NCBI RefSeq assembly: GCF_000018305.1
Contig: NC_009954.1
Location: 1,410,001-1,442,000, forward strand
Source: Caldivirga maquilingensis IC-167
Lineage (GTDB): Archaea; Thermoproteota; Thermoprotei; Thermoproteales; Thermocladiaceae
Length of the DNA: 32,000 nucleotides
Direction: 5' to 3'
Under the pieces are notes generated by a model. That model did no database searches and was not told the origin of the DNA. It saw only the letters and a list, made by a program, of their open reading frames with translations. Shown here in pieces: positions 22,929-30,886 of this stretch (positions within the stretch are counted from its first letter, which is position 1; every line of letters starts with the position of its first letter). The position numbers and the translations under genes were made by a program.

Positions 22929-23284
22929 TGGGTATGGTGGCTAAGTCAACCCTAATGAAGTGGCATTACATAACCGGTCTAATACTAGTCGTGGTTCTTG
23001 GAATACACTTAGCCTTTAGGTGGCCTAGCTATGAGGCGTCAATTGCGTGGTCTGGGCCTCATGGAGTCTATGAGCAGTTAATGAATATAGGTTACATGAT
23101 TGCAATATTCATACTCCTCTATGCAGTCACATACCATGCAATGAATGGTTTAAGGACACTGCTCCTTGAACTTCACCAGGGGAGGTACTGGAACATAGCA
23201 GTTGACGTAGTAATAATAATAGTGGGTGTCTTCATAGTAATCGTTGGTACAGTGGCCTTAGTGGGTGCTTTATCAACGATTTAA
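22928..23284 (+). CDS. sdhD: succinate dehydrogenase small membrane anchor subunit
   Basis: Three TM helices (GIHLAF, TYHAMNG). The ATG overlaps the sdhC stop (TGATG). The ORF track starts 3 nt earlier at a GTG. Confidence 0.65.
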   Translation: MGMVAKSTLMKWHYITGLILVVVLGIHLAFRWPSYEASIAWSGPHGVYEQLMNIGYMIAIFILLYAVTYHAMNGLRTLLLELHQGRYWNIAVDVVIIIVGVFIVIVGTVALVGALSTI

Positions 23285-23339
23285 GTCTTCACTGCAATTC
23301 TCAATAAAATTAATTTACCACTTGTTAATTAGGGCTTCT

Positions 23340-23489
23340 ATGGTGCACTTGTATGTTAAAATGGCTGTGGCGTTAATAGTTATGTTAGCGCCAATAGTGC
23401 TAATAGATTACAGGGATGTTTTAGCGAAATGGTGGCTTAGATTCAAGACACGGGTAGGTAAACGCAGAGGCAAGCAGGTTAATGCCTGA
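23340..23489 (+). CDS. possible small single-TM protein (49 aa: MVHLYVKMAVALIVMLAPIVLIDY... with basic C-terminal tail)
   Basis: Internal ATG of the 23265-23489 ORF lies ~25-35 nt after an AT-rich box (ATAAAATTAATTT, ~23304-23316). One hydrophobic helix plus a KRRGK tail. No homology evidence. Confidence 0.3.
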   Translation: MVHLYVKMAVALIVMLAPIVLIDYRDVLAKWWLRFKTRVGKRRGKQVNA

Positions 23490-23811
23490 ATTTAAGGCAA
23501 TGCATTATGAAGTAAAGCGTAGATTGGGAAGAAGGAATACAACAAATACTGTAGTGTTTTATTCATTGACATAGAGGTATCCCCTGCCTCCTTATAGGGA
23601 TGACTACGAATTATGATTAATGAAGACTTACTCAAGTTGCCTCATACCCATGAAGTATTACTGAAACCCAAGTTAAAGGTCATGCTTATGCACTTCAATA
23701 ATCATGGAGAAAGACTTATTAAACCAGTGGTGTTAATGAAATTGCCCCGCCCGGTTAACCCGCCCCCATATGTTGGAAACTTTTATTACCGTTATTGTTA
23801 ATGATGACTCC

Positions 23812-24300
23812 ATGGCTATCGTTAACTTAACCTTTGAGTCGCCTATCAATATTAGGTGCAGTAATGGGGAGGAATACTTAGTTGCATTAATACCTCAATA
23901 CATTGGTAATTTAATTAATGAGGGTGAGTGTGTTAAGGCTGTGATGATTCCCAGGGGTTGGGTTGGGAGGCTTCATAATTACATTGAATTAGTCTCATTC
24001 CTAATTAAGAATAATGTGAGGCTTATAGTGTCATTAAGTGAACTCAATAGTATTAATGAGTTTCTGAGGCGTAGGTTAATAATAGTGCCTCATATTGATG
24101 ATTCAAGATTCATGAGTGAGATCACTGGGTTTGAACGCGCCTCATTCTTCGCCAATGCATCACTAATACTCAGTAACCCACCTAGGCTTAGTGAAGTCTT
24201 CATTCACCTACCACCCCCCAGGTTGAGGAGGGGTTTTAACTTAATTTACGGTGCACCAACTATTCAAGCTGACTTAATCTACATGGTTCATTACCCTTAG
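23812..24300 (+). CDS. hypothetical protein (~163 aa)
   Basis: ORF is open from 23770. ATG 23812 is 24-31 nt after TTTTATTA (23781-23788), which fits a leaderless start. No family recognised. Confidence 0.55.
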   Translation: MAIVNLTFESPINIRCSNGEEYLVALIPQYIGNLINEGECVKAVMIPRGWVGRLHNYIELVSFLIKNNVRLIVSLSELNSINEFLRRRLIIVPHIDDSRFMSEITGFERASFFANASLILSNPPRLSEVFIHLPPPRLRRGFNLIYGAPTIQADLIYMVHYP

Positions 24301-24330
24301 TTTTTTAAACAGGTGATTATTGAGTCGCCT

Positions 24331-25164
24331 ATGAGTAGTACCGGTAAGAAGACTACGCAAATGCCGGTGGTTAGATTCTATAGGAAGCAGTACCCTGATG
24401 TTGGGGAATTAGTCGTAGGCACTGTTAAGAGCATTGAGGAGCATGGAGCCTACATAACCCTTGATGAGTATGGGGGAGTGGAGGCCTACGTACCCATTAA
24501 TGAGGTTCTTCAATCCTGGTTCAGGAACATTAGGGATTACTTGAAGGTTGGGTCTAAGGCAGTCTTCAAAGTCATAAGGGTTGACCCAAGGAGAGGCCTA
24601 ATAGACCTCTCATTAAGGAGGGTTAGGGATGAGGAGAGGGAGAGGAAGTTCAATGCATGGAAGAGGAACTTGAAGGCAATTAAGCTAATGGAGATAATAG
24701 CCCAGAAGATGGGTGTAAGCTTAAGTAAACTAATGGAGGAGGCCGGGTGGAGCATCATGGAGTATTACGGTGACTTATATTCAGCTTTCGAGGACGCGGC
24801 TAAGGGTAACATTGATCCATTAATTAAACTGGGTATTAGAAGGGAGTTGATTGATGAGATTGTAAGGGTGGCTAATGAGAGGATTGAGAAGCCTAAGGTA
24901 ACCATAGTGGGTGTGTTAAGGATGATAAACCTAAGGCCTAATGGCGTTGAGTACATTAGGAAGATACTGGATAATGCTGTTGAGGAGGCTAAGAAGCTTG
25001 GTGTTGAGGCTAAGATATACGTAATAGGTCCACCCAGGTATAGGATTGAGGTCACTGGAAGCAATCCGAAGCATGTTGAGGAGGCCTTCGAGAAGTTAAG
25101 TAACCTACTGGTTAATGAGGCTAAGGCTAATGGTGGGGAGGCCTCAGTATCAAGGAGCCAGTGA
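24331..25164 (+). CDS. eif2a: translation initiation factor aIF2 alpha subunit
   Basis: N-terminal S1 domain: YPDVGELVVGTVKSIEEHGAYITLDEYGGVEAYVPINEV. Typical length and conserved neighbourhood with nop10. ATG 24331 is ~25 nt after TTTTTTAAA (24301-24309). The ORF track's GTG 24313 is too close to the box. Confidence 0.9.
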   Translation: MSSTGKKTTQMPVVRFYRKQYPDVGELVVGTVKSIEEHGAYITLDEYGGVEAYVPINEVLQSWFRNIRDYLKVGSKAVFKVIRVDPRRGLIDLSLRRVRDEERERKFNAWKRNLKAIKLMEIIAQKMGVSLSKLMEEAGWSIMEYYGDLYSAFEDAAKGNIDPLIKLGIRRELIDEIVRVANERIEKPKVTIVGVLRMINLRPNGVEYIRKILDNAVEEAKKLGVEAKIYVIGPPRYRIEVTGSNPKHVEEAFEKLSNLLVNEAKANGGEASVSRSQ

Positions 25165-25172
25165 AGGGGGTG

Positions 25173-25406
25173 ATGATGGTTAAGTCAGTGATGATGAAGT
25201 GCACTAGGTGCGGTAAGTATACCCTAAGGAAGGATAAGTGCCCCTACTGCGGAGGCCAATTAACAAACCCCCACCCACCCAGGTACTCGCCTGATGATAG
25301 AATGTGGAGGTATAGGCTTATGCTTAAGGTGGCTCTAGGTCAATTAAACGTCAGTGAGGAGACTAGGAGGAGGATCCTTGAATCATTAGGACCCGGAAAA
25401 GTTTAA
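25173..25406 (+). CDS. nop10: H/ACA RNP protein Nop10
   Basis: Zinc-ribbon KCTRCGKYTL...CPYCGG, followed by PHPPRYSPDDRMWRYR. Start is ambiguous (GTG 25161; ATG 25173, 25176, 25191, 25194). Confidence 0.88.
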   Translation: MMVKSVMMKCTRCGKYTLRKDKCPYCGGQLTNPHPPRYSPDDRMWRYRLMLKVALGQLNVSEETRRRILESLGPGKV

Positions 25407-25432
25407 AATAGTTTACTGAATCACCTATTAGC

Positions 25433-25717
25433 ATGAAGATACCCAGGGTAATTAGGACCTACTGCCCAAGATGCAGGACATACACTGAACACACAGTCAC
25501 CCAGTACACCACAGGTAAGAGGAGGACTCTCTCAGAGGGTCAGAGGAGGTATGAGAGGAAGCTACTTGGCTACGGTTCATCAAGGAAGCCTAAGCAGAAG
25601 ACATTCTATAAGGTCACTAAGAAAGTTACCCTTAAGTTAACCTGCAGGCAATGCGGCTACGTGACGCATAGAACCATTGGCAGGCTTAGGAAGGTTGAGT
25701 TAGTGGAGACTCGTTAA
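25433..25717 (+). CDS. rpl44e: 50S ribosomal protein L44e (eL42)
   Basis: CPRC...CRQCG zinc ribbon, [21 protein letters not shown] and KPK..KT motifs. TATA GTTTAAAATAG ~27 nt upstream. Confidence 0.92.
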   Translation: MKIPRVIRTYCPRCRTYTEHTVTQYTTGKRRTLSEGQRRYERKLLGYGSSRKPKQKTFYKVTKKVTLKLTCRQCGYVTHRTIGRLRKVELVETR

Positions 25718-25728
25718 GGGCCCTTTAT

Positions 25729-26226
25729 ATGTCACAGCAGAGGTTAATTATACTCAGGTGGTATGGATCCATTAGACTCTACCTTCTACTATCAATAATA
25801 CTCGCATTAGTGGGCTCATACATGCTTGGTTACTCACTGGTACTGCCCAGTAGTTACTTAACAATGCTTAGTAATGAAGCTGAGGCAGCTGCATCATTAC
25901 CATTCCTAATAAGGTTCATTGATGGGTTAATAGCCTTAATAATAGCCTACATACCCTACGCCGGTATTGGTTGGATGTCATACAACATGATTGGTGTCGG
26001 TGAATTAGGCCTAATCCACCCGCTTCAATCAATCGTCCAAATGTTCTACCTAATGATACTTACAGTATTCCCGATGGTTGACGGAACATTACTAGCAACT
26101 GTACTGATTATAAGCAAGTTAAGTAGGATTCAATTACCGGCCAACTTCATAAGGTCAACGTTAATACAATACTCTATATCAGTGGGTGTTTCACTGGTAT
26201 TATTCCTAATACTGATTTCCCTATAA
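25729..26226 (+). CDS. integral membrane protein (165 aa, ~4-5 TM), function unknown
   Basis: Hydrophobic profile. Starts 11 nt after rpl44e with no room for its own promoter, so probably co-transcribed. Confidence 0.55.
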   Translation: MSQQRLIILRWYGSIRLYLLLSIILALVGSYMLGYSLVLPSSYLTMLSNEAEAAASLPFLIRFIDGLIALIIAYIPYAGIGWMSYNMIGVGELGLIHPLQSIVQMFYLMILTVFPMVDGTLLATVLIISKLSRIQLPANFIRSTLIQYSISVGVSLVLFLILISL

Positions 26227-26271
26227 TAAGTTAGGGACTAGACTTATATATTCTTGAATCCTAATCACCTA

Positions 26272-27681
26272 ATGAGTAAGCCTGATTTAAACATAATTGT
26301 GATTGTTTTAGATAGTCTTAGGCAGGATCACGTCGGCTTCTATAGGAGCCTATATGGTTGGCCCAGGGTTTTTGATAATGTCCCACCACCGGATACGCCT
26401 AACTTGGATAAGTTGGCTTCAGAAGGCATCGTATTCACTAATGCTTACCCATCAGGGTTACCGACAATACCTGTTAGGGAGGAATTATTGACTGGGCAAT
26501 TCACGCTACCATACCACCCATGGTCACCAATGCACCCCGACTCATACACAATGCCCGAACTACTGAGGGGTTTAGGCTACTTCACTGGCCTAGTATCAGA
26601 CACCTACCACTTATTTAAGCCAGGCATGAATTACACTAAGGGCTTTGACACATGGTTCTTCATTAGGGGTCAGGAGTATGATACATACGGTATACCGCCT
26701 CCGGTTAATAGGCGTGTTGATGATTATGTTACTAAGGATTATTACAGTAATTACGCTGGTTCAAGGGCTTATGTTGAGCTTGTTGCCCAATTCCTAGCCA
26801 ATATAGATGATTGGAGGGATGAGGGTGATTGGTTTGCGGCTAGGGTTTTTAGGACTGCGATTAATTGGGTTAAGGATGCTTACAGGAAGTATTCAAGGTT
26901 CATGCTTTGGATTGATAGTTTCGACCCACATGAACCATGGATCCCGCCGTCAAGGTTCGATAAGTACACTGACCCAGGTTACAAGGGACCTAAATTAATA
27001 CTACCCATGGGTGGTGATGCAGCTAAGTGGTATACCAATGAGCAGGTTAACTACATTAGGGGTCTTTACGCCGGTGAAGTCGCGTACGTTGACTACTACT
27101 TTGGTGAATTCTATAATGCATTAAGGGATCTAGGACTCCTTGAACAATCCATAGTAATACTCCTAGCTGATCACGGCCACCCACTGGCTGATCATGGGAA
27201 GTTCCTTAAGGGTGGTGATAGACTTTACAGTGAACTACTAAAGGTACCATTCATGGTTAGGCTACCTAATGGTAGGCACATTGTTACTGATGCCATTGTT
27301 CAATTCCCAGATGTCTTACCAACAATACTTGGTTTACTTAACCTACCTGAAACATACACATACCCACTTGCCGGTAGGAGCTTCGCGGATTTACTTAATG
27401 GTTCATCAAGGGGGCATAGGGCTTACGCAATAATGGGTTACCATGAGGCTGCTGATAGGTGTATTAGGGATGGTGAATGGAGCCTAATCTATAGGCCTGA
27501 TGGTAGGCACGAATTATATAACCTAGTAAAGGACCCAAGGGAGAGGGTTAACTTGGCTAGTGAAATGCCTGATAAGGTTAATGAAATGATGAGTAAACTA
27601 GCGTTATGGTTCATGAATAGGAGTAGGCCAGTGAGGCAGATACAGGCTAGGTATGAATTAGGGGGGACTGGTAAGGCTTGA
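26272..27681 (+). CDS. sulfatase-family (alkaline-phosphatase superfamily) protein, cytoplasmic, with Thr at the formylglycine position
   Basis: IVIVLDSLRQDH metal site. PTIPVREELLTGQ aligns to the C/S-x-P-x-R-x4-TG motif but with Thr (codon ACA, 26464-26466). LLADHGHPLADHGKFLKG distal motif. No signal peptide. ATG 26272 is 20-29 nt after CTTATATATT. Confidence 0.8.
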   Translation: MSKPDLNIIVIVLDSLRQDHVGFYRSLYGWPRVFDNVPPPDTPNLDKLASEGIVFTNAYPSGLPTIPVREELLTGQFTLPYHPWSPMHPDSYTMPELLRGLGYFTGLVSDTYHLFKPGMNYTKGFDTWFFIRGQEYDTYGIPPPVNRRVDDYVTKDYYSNYAGSRAYVELVAQFLANIDDWRDEGDWFAARVFRTAINWVKDAYRKYSRFMLWIDSFDPHEPWIPPSRFDKYTDPGYKGPKLILPMGGDAAKWYTNEQVNYIRGLYAGEVAYVDYYFGEFYNALRDLGLLEQSIVILLADHGHPLADHGKFLKGGDRLYSELLKVPFMVRLPNGRHIVTDAIVQFPDVLPTILGLLNLPETYTYPLAGRSFADLLNGSSRGHRAYAIMGYHEAADRCIRDGEWSLIYRPDGRHELYNLVKDPRERVNLASEMPDKVNEMMSKLALWFMNRSRPVRQIQARYELGGTGKA

Positions 27682-27730
27682 GTTAAGGCATTAATGACCC
27701 AGTCCCTGGGTGTAGTATTTTTATAAAAGC

Positions 27731-27740
27731 CCCTTAAGGG
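27731..27740 (+). promoter_or_regulatory. 10-bp palindrome CCCTTAAGGG between TATA box (TTTTTATAAAA, ~27718-27728) and ATG 27748
   Basis: Read directly. Confidence 0.5.
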
Positions 27741-27747
27741 TTGAGTA

Positions 27748-28905
27748 ATGGGTAATGCAACTGATTCAATTCACGGGCATGATCACGTGGATGAGTATGG
27801 ATCAGTAATACCGCCAATATACTTATCAACACCCTTCAGGCAAATCATTGAGGCTAACCCATCTGATAGGGGCTTTGACCTAAAGTACTCCAGGGAGGAG
27901 AACCCAACCGTCAGGTACCTTGAACATGTATTGGCTAAGCTTGAGAAGGGTGTTGATGCGTTAGCCACTAATAACGGTATGGCTGCAGTCTCCACAGCCT
28001 TAATAAGCATTCTTAAGTCAGGCTCAAGGCTAATCCTCCCAGCTGAAATATATGGAACCACCCTGGGCTTAGCCATAAACATGGATAAGTTCAACGTAAG
28101 AACCATAATCACCATGCCTGAGACTGAGGATTTAGCTGAGGCCATTAAATCCAACCCCAATTCAATCATATTGATTGAGACCTTAACTAACCCAATGCTA
28201 AGGGTTATTGATGTGGACTACCTGGTTAAGGTATCTAAGGATAATGATTCATTACTAATAGTTGACAACACCATGGCTACACCAATACTCTATAGGCCAA
28301 TTGAACATGGAGTAGGCATAGTGATTCACAGTGCCACTAAGTATATTTCAGGACACAATGACGTCCTAGCAGGAGCCATAGTGGCCGGTGAAGCCAATGT
28401 GATTGAGGAAATGTGGCAGTGGAGGAGGAGGCTGGGTACGATAATACAGCCCCTTGATGCTTACCTAGCTTTAAGGGGTGTTAAGACAATGAGCCTAAGG
28501 GTTAGGAAGCATTGTGAGAACGCAATGATCATTGCTGATTACTTAAGCAATCACTCTAAGATTAAGGAGGTTTACTACCCTGGGTTAAAGTCAAGCCCAT
28601 ATCATGAGTTAGCCTCAAGAATGTTCAATGGGTTATACGGTGGAATAGTGTCATTCAAGGTGAAGGGGGATAAGGAGGGGGTTCGTGTGTTCCTTAATTC
28701 ACTGAAAATCATTAAACCAGCCCCAAGCTTCGGTGGACCAGAGTCACTGATAATGTACCCAATAACCAGTGCAGCCCAACCAATACCAGAGGAGTATAAG
28801 GCTAAGTTAGGTATTGATGAAAGCCTACTCAGATTATCAGTGGGGTTAGAGGACGTGGAGGATATAATAAATGACCTAGACAACGCACTTAGGCAGATAC
28901 CGTAA
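27748..28905 (+). CDS. Cys/Met-metabolism PLP-dependent enzyme (cystathionine gamma-synthase / beta-lyase / gamma-lyase family)
   Basis: SVIPPIYLSTPF N-terminal motif, PLP-lysine motif HSATKYISGHNDVLAG, C-terminal SLGGPESL-like FGGPESLI and RLSVGLEDVEDII. Confidence 0.88.
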   Translation: MGNATDSIHGHDHVDEYGSVIPPIYLSTPFRQIIEANPSDRGFDLKYSREENPTVRYLEHVLAKLEKGVDALATNNGMAAVSTALISILKSGSRLILPAEIYGTTLGLAINMDKFNVRTIITMPETEDLAEAIKSNPNSIILIETLTNPMLRVIDVDYLVKVSKDNDSLLIVDNTMATPILYRPIEHGVGIVIHSATKYISGHNDVLAGAIVAGEANVIEEMWQWRRRLGTIIQPLDAYLALRGVKTMSLRVRKHCENAMIIADYLSNHSKIKEVYYPGLKSSPYHELASRMFNGLYGGIVSFKVKGDKEGVRVFLNSLKIIKPAPSFGGPESLIMYPITSAAQPIPEEYKAKLGIDESLLRLSVGLEDVEDIINDLDNALRQIP

Positions 28906-28924
28906 TGGTTAATTAAGAAAAAGC

Positions 28925-28931
28925 TTAAAAA
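28925..28931 (+). promoter_or_regulatory. TATA box (TTAAAAA) for tRNA-Leu
   Basis: Lies 23-29 nt upstream of tRNA position 1. Confidence 0.55.
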
Positions 28932-28953
28932 CAATGAAGCGAACAAGGCAAAG

Positions 28954-29041
28954 GCGGGGGTGCCCGAGCATGGTCAAAGGGGGCGGGTTCAGGTCCCGTT
29001 GGCGTAGGCCTGCGTGGGTTCAAATCCCACCCCCCGCACCA
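28954..29041 (+). tRNA. tRNA-Leu (anticodon CAG), class II, encoded CCA
   Basis: Folded by hand. Acceptor GCGGGGG/CCCCCGC. D-stem CCC/GGG. Anticodon stem GCGGG/CCCGT with loop TTCAGGT. Long variable arm TGGCGTAGGCCTGC. T-arm GTGGG-TTCAAAT-CCCAC. Discriminator A, then CCA. Confidence 0.95.
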
Positions 29042-29345
29042 TTTACGCTAAACTTCCCCACACTTAAGCTGCTACTAATGAGTGATTACTGATAGAGCAG
29101 TGTGCATGCGTTAATGAGTATTTCGTATTCAAGTTGCCTACATTATTTTCCTTCAATTAAAAGAATCTGAGCCATACCTAGCAGGGTAATTAACTGCAAT
29201 AGAACTATTATAGCCACTAATAATCACCGCATTATATTTAACCATAGGGTTACGGCATAGTTAGTTAATGAGCATTTAACCCATTGAGGCATATTGCTAA
29301 GTGGTAATGACCATGTTAATGAATAATGCAATTAAGTGCTTATGC

Positions 29346-30497
29346 TTATCTTAATGAGAACTTTATGCCAAGTATTACTGCAGATACCAGTGACAGGAAT
29401 GCGCTTATGAGCATTACCACCCCTAACCCAAGCCCTAGGTTTGATGCAAAGGTGAATGCTATTAAGGGTGGTCCAATACCACCTAATACCCTACCCAGTG
29501 TGAATACTAGGTTTGATGCAGTGGCCCTAATGTTAACTGGGTAGAGTTCACTCATTAATACTCCTAGGTATGAGAATACTGATGATGAGACGTAGGTTAA
29601 GGCTATTGACGGTATCATGTAATCCAAGAGACCTAAATCAGCGGTAACTAATAATGCCACTGATGATGCAAGAGCAATAATGCTTAACGCCACTAGAACC
29701 CTAACTCTACCATAGAGGTCTGATAAATAGCCAGCTAAAGTGTAGGCCAATGCACCTATTACCGGTAGCACCAGTAGCCATAGGTTTAGGTTACTGATAC
29801 CTATCTGCTTCAGGTAAGTTGGAGCCAGGCTAACCAGGGGCACTGTGAGCATGAATGCTGAGGCTACAATAACAATACCCAGTATTGTTAACCACATGAA
29901 CCTATCCTTAAGAACCTCACTATAATTAATCCTCCTAAGGCCAACCCTTGATACTGTTTCAGGCATGATTATTAACCATGGTAGTGATGAGAGTAAACTT
30001 ACAGCACCAGTAACTATTAGTACTAGGTTCCATTCATGTATGATGCTGTATACTAGTGCATCAAGCATGATGCCAATGAAGTAGAGGCCTTGGGTTAAAC
30101 CACCAATTAAACCCCTACCGCCCCTCCAATTCTCAGCAATAACGGCATAAGTTATACCATTTTCAGGATTAACCCCGAATCCCACTAGGAACCACGCCAC
30201 GTAAAATTCCCACAGCGTCCTGGCAAAGCCCGCTAGTAATGTCATCAGTGAGAATAATATTACTGATGTCATAAGCCCAATACGCCTACCGTATGCATCA
30301 GCAATCATACCGAAAACCACACCACCAATAGCGCCACCAATAAACGATAATGTAACCATCAAGGTAAGTGCGGTAACAGTAACGTGTATTGATAATGATA
30401 TTTCAGGAAATAGGTAAACCACTGAGAAGATGCAGAAGGCACTCATGAGGAATGGTACAAGGACACTAAGTACCAGTAGGATACTCCTAATACCCAT
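29346..30497 (-). CDS. major facilitator superfamily transporter
   Basis: About 12 TM helices. Loop 2-3 motif GMIADAYGRRIG (G-x3-D-x2-G-R-R). TATA (minus-strand ATTTTTAAAC) at + ~30519-30529. Confidence 0.85.
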   Translation of the reverse strand: MGIRSILLVLSVLVPFLMSAFCIFSVVYLFPEISLSIHVTVTALTLMVTLSFIGGAIGGVVFGMIADAYGRRIGLMTSVILFSLMTLLAGFARTLWEFYVAWFLVGFGVNPENGITYAVIAENWRGGRGLIGGLTQGLYFIGIMLDALVYSIIHEWNLVLIVTGAVSLLSSLPWLIIMPETVSRVGLRRINYSEVLKDRFMWLTILGIVIVASAFMLTVPLVSLAPTYLKQIGISNLNLWLLVLPVIGALAYTLAGYLSDLYGRVRVLVALSIIALASSVALLVTADLGLLDYMIPSIALTYVSSSVFSYLGVLMSELYPVNIRATASNLVFTLGRVLGGIGPPLIAFTFASNLGLGLGVVMLISAFLSLVSAVILGIKFSLR

Positions 30498-30706
30498 AAT
30501 TTCATGCCTCTAGATACAGTTTAAAAATTACCCCTAATATGCTTAAAAATTCACAGGATTGGAGGCATCATTATATAGCAATTAGACAGGAGGGAAGTCT
30601 ACTGAAGTTGCATTAAGTTAATTGTGTCTGAATTCAATAAGCAGTGAACACTAAGTAATTGCACCATTAACGTAGCCTTGGTATGGGTAATTCCACATAA
30701 CCTTGA

Positions 30707-30801
30707 GGTGACATTCTCAGGAGTTAGGGGAGTTCCTAACTGGAGTTACTAAGTTGCTCTATTGGTGTAGACTTGTGCAGGTTCGAATCCTACCTTCACC
30801 A
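30707..30801 (+). pseudogene. tRNA-like element: canonical T-arm and closing helix but AU-rich, irregular D/anticodon arms (tRNA pseudogene, tRNA-derived fragment or unusual disrupted tRNA)
   Basis: GGTTCGAATCC (30780-30790) is a textbook T-arm core: stem GCAGG/CCTAC with one C.A mismatch, loop TTCGAAT. GGTGA (30707-11) pairs with TCACC (30796-800). Internal hairpins AGTTAGG-GGAGTT-CCTAACT (30722-41) and TGGAGT-9nt-GCTCTA (30741-61). No encoded CCA, no strong TATA box at -25, and far lower GC than the two bona fide tRNAs. Confidence 0.4.
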
Positions 30802-30866
30802 TTATTGGGATTTAACCATGTTTCATATTATAATTTAAAGTAATGTTTTAAGCCTTATGCCTTATT

Positions 30867-30886
30867 GAATATGGATGAATATGGAT
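30867..30886 (+). repeat. 10-bp tandem duplication GAATATGGAT x2 spanning the kinase start codon
   Basis: Read directly. It creates two in-frame ATGs (30875, 30881) and one out-of-frame ATG (30871). Confidence 0.9.

Noticed and set aside
23265-23801. ORF-track entries 23265-23489 (full 74 aa) and 23613-23801 (62 aa).
   Set aside because: The 5' part of 23265-23489 overlaps the end of sdhD and precedes the only plausible promoter, so only the internal 49-aa version is retained, at low confidence. 23613-23801 has atypical composition and overlaps the promoter and start of the next gene.
25166-25200. GTGATGATG...GTGATGATG near the Nop10 start, and ATGAAGA/CTGA strings at 23630-23666, considered as C/D-box sRNA boxes.
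   Set aside because: No properly spaced C-D'-C'-D arrangement exists (about 12-nt guides are needed). The first site is coding/start-region sequence, and the second has a C'-D spacing of only 4 nt.
30707-30801. Interpreting the tRNA-like element as a functional tRNA with three mini-introns (7, 4 and 10 nt).
   Set aside because: Insertions this short cannot form the bulge-helix-bulge motif required by the archaeal splicing endonuclease. The stems are AU-rich with mismatches, unlike the all-GC stems of the two genuine tRNAs here. No unambiguous anticodon loop (U33/purine37) can be defined. It is reported as a pseudogene or fragment instead.
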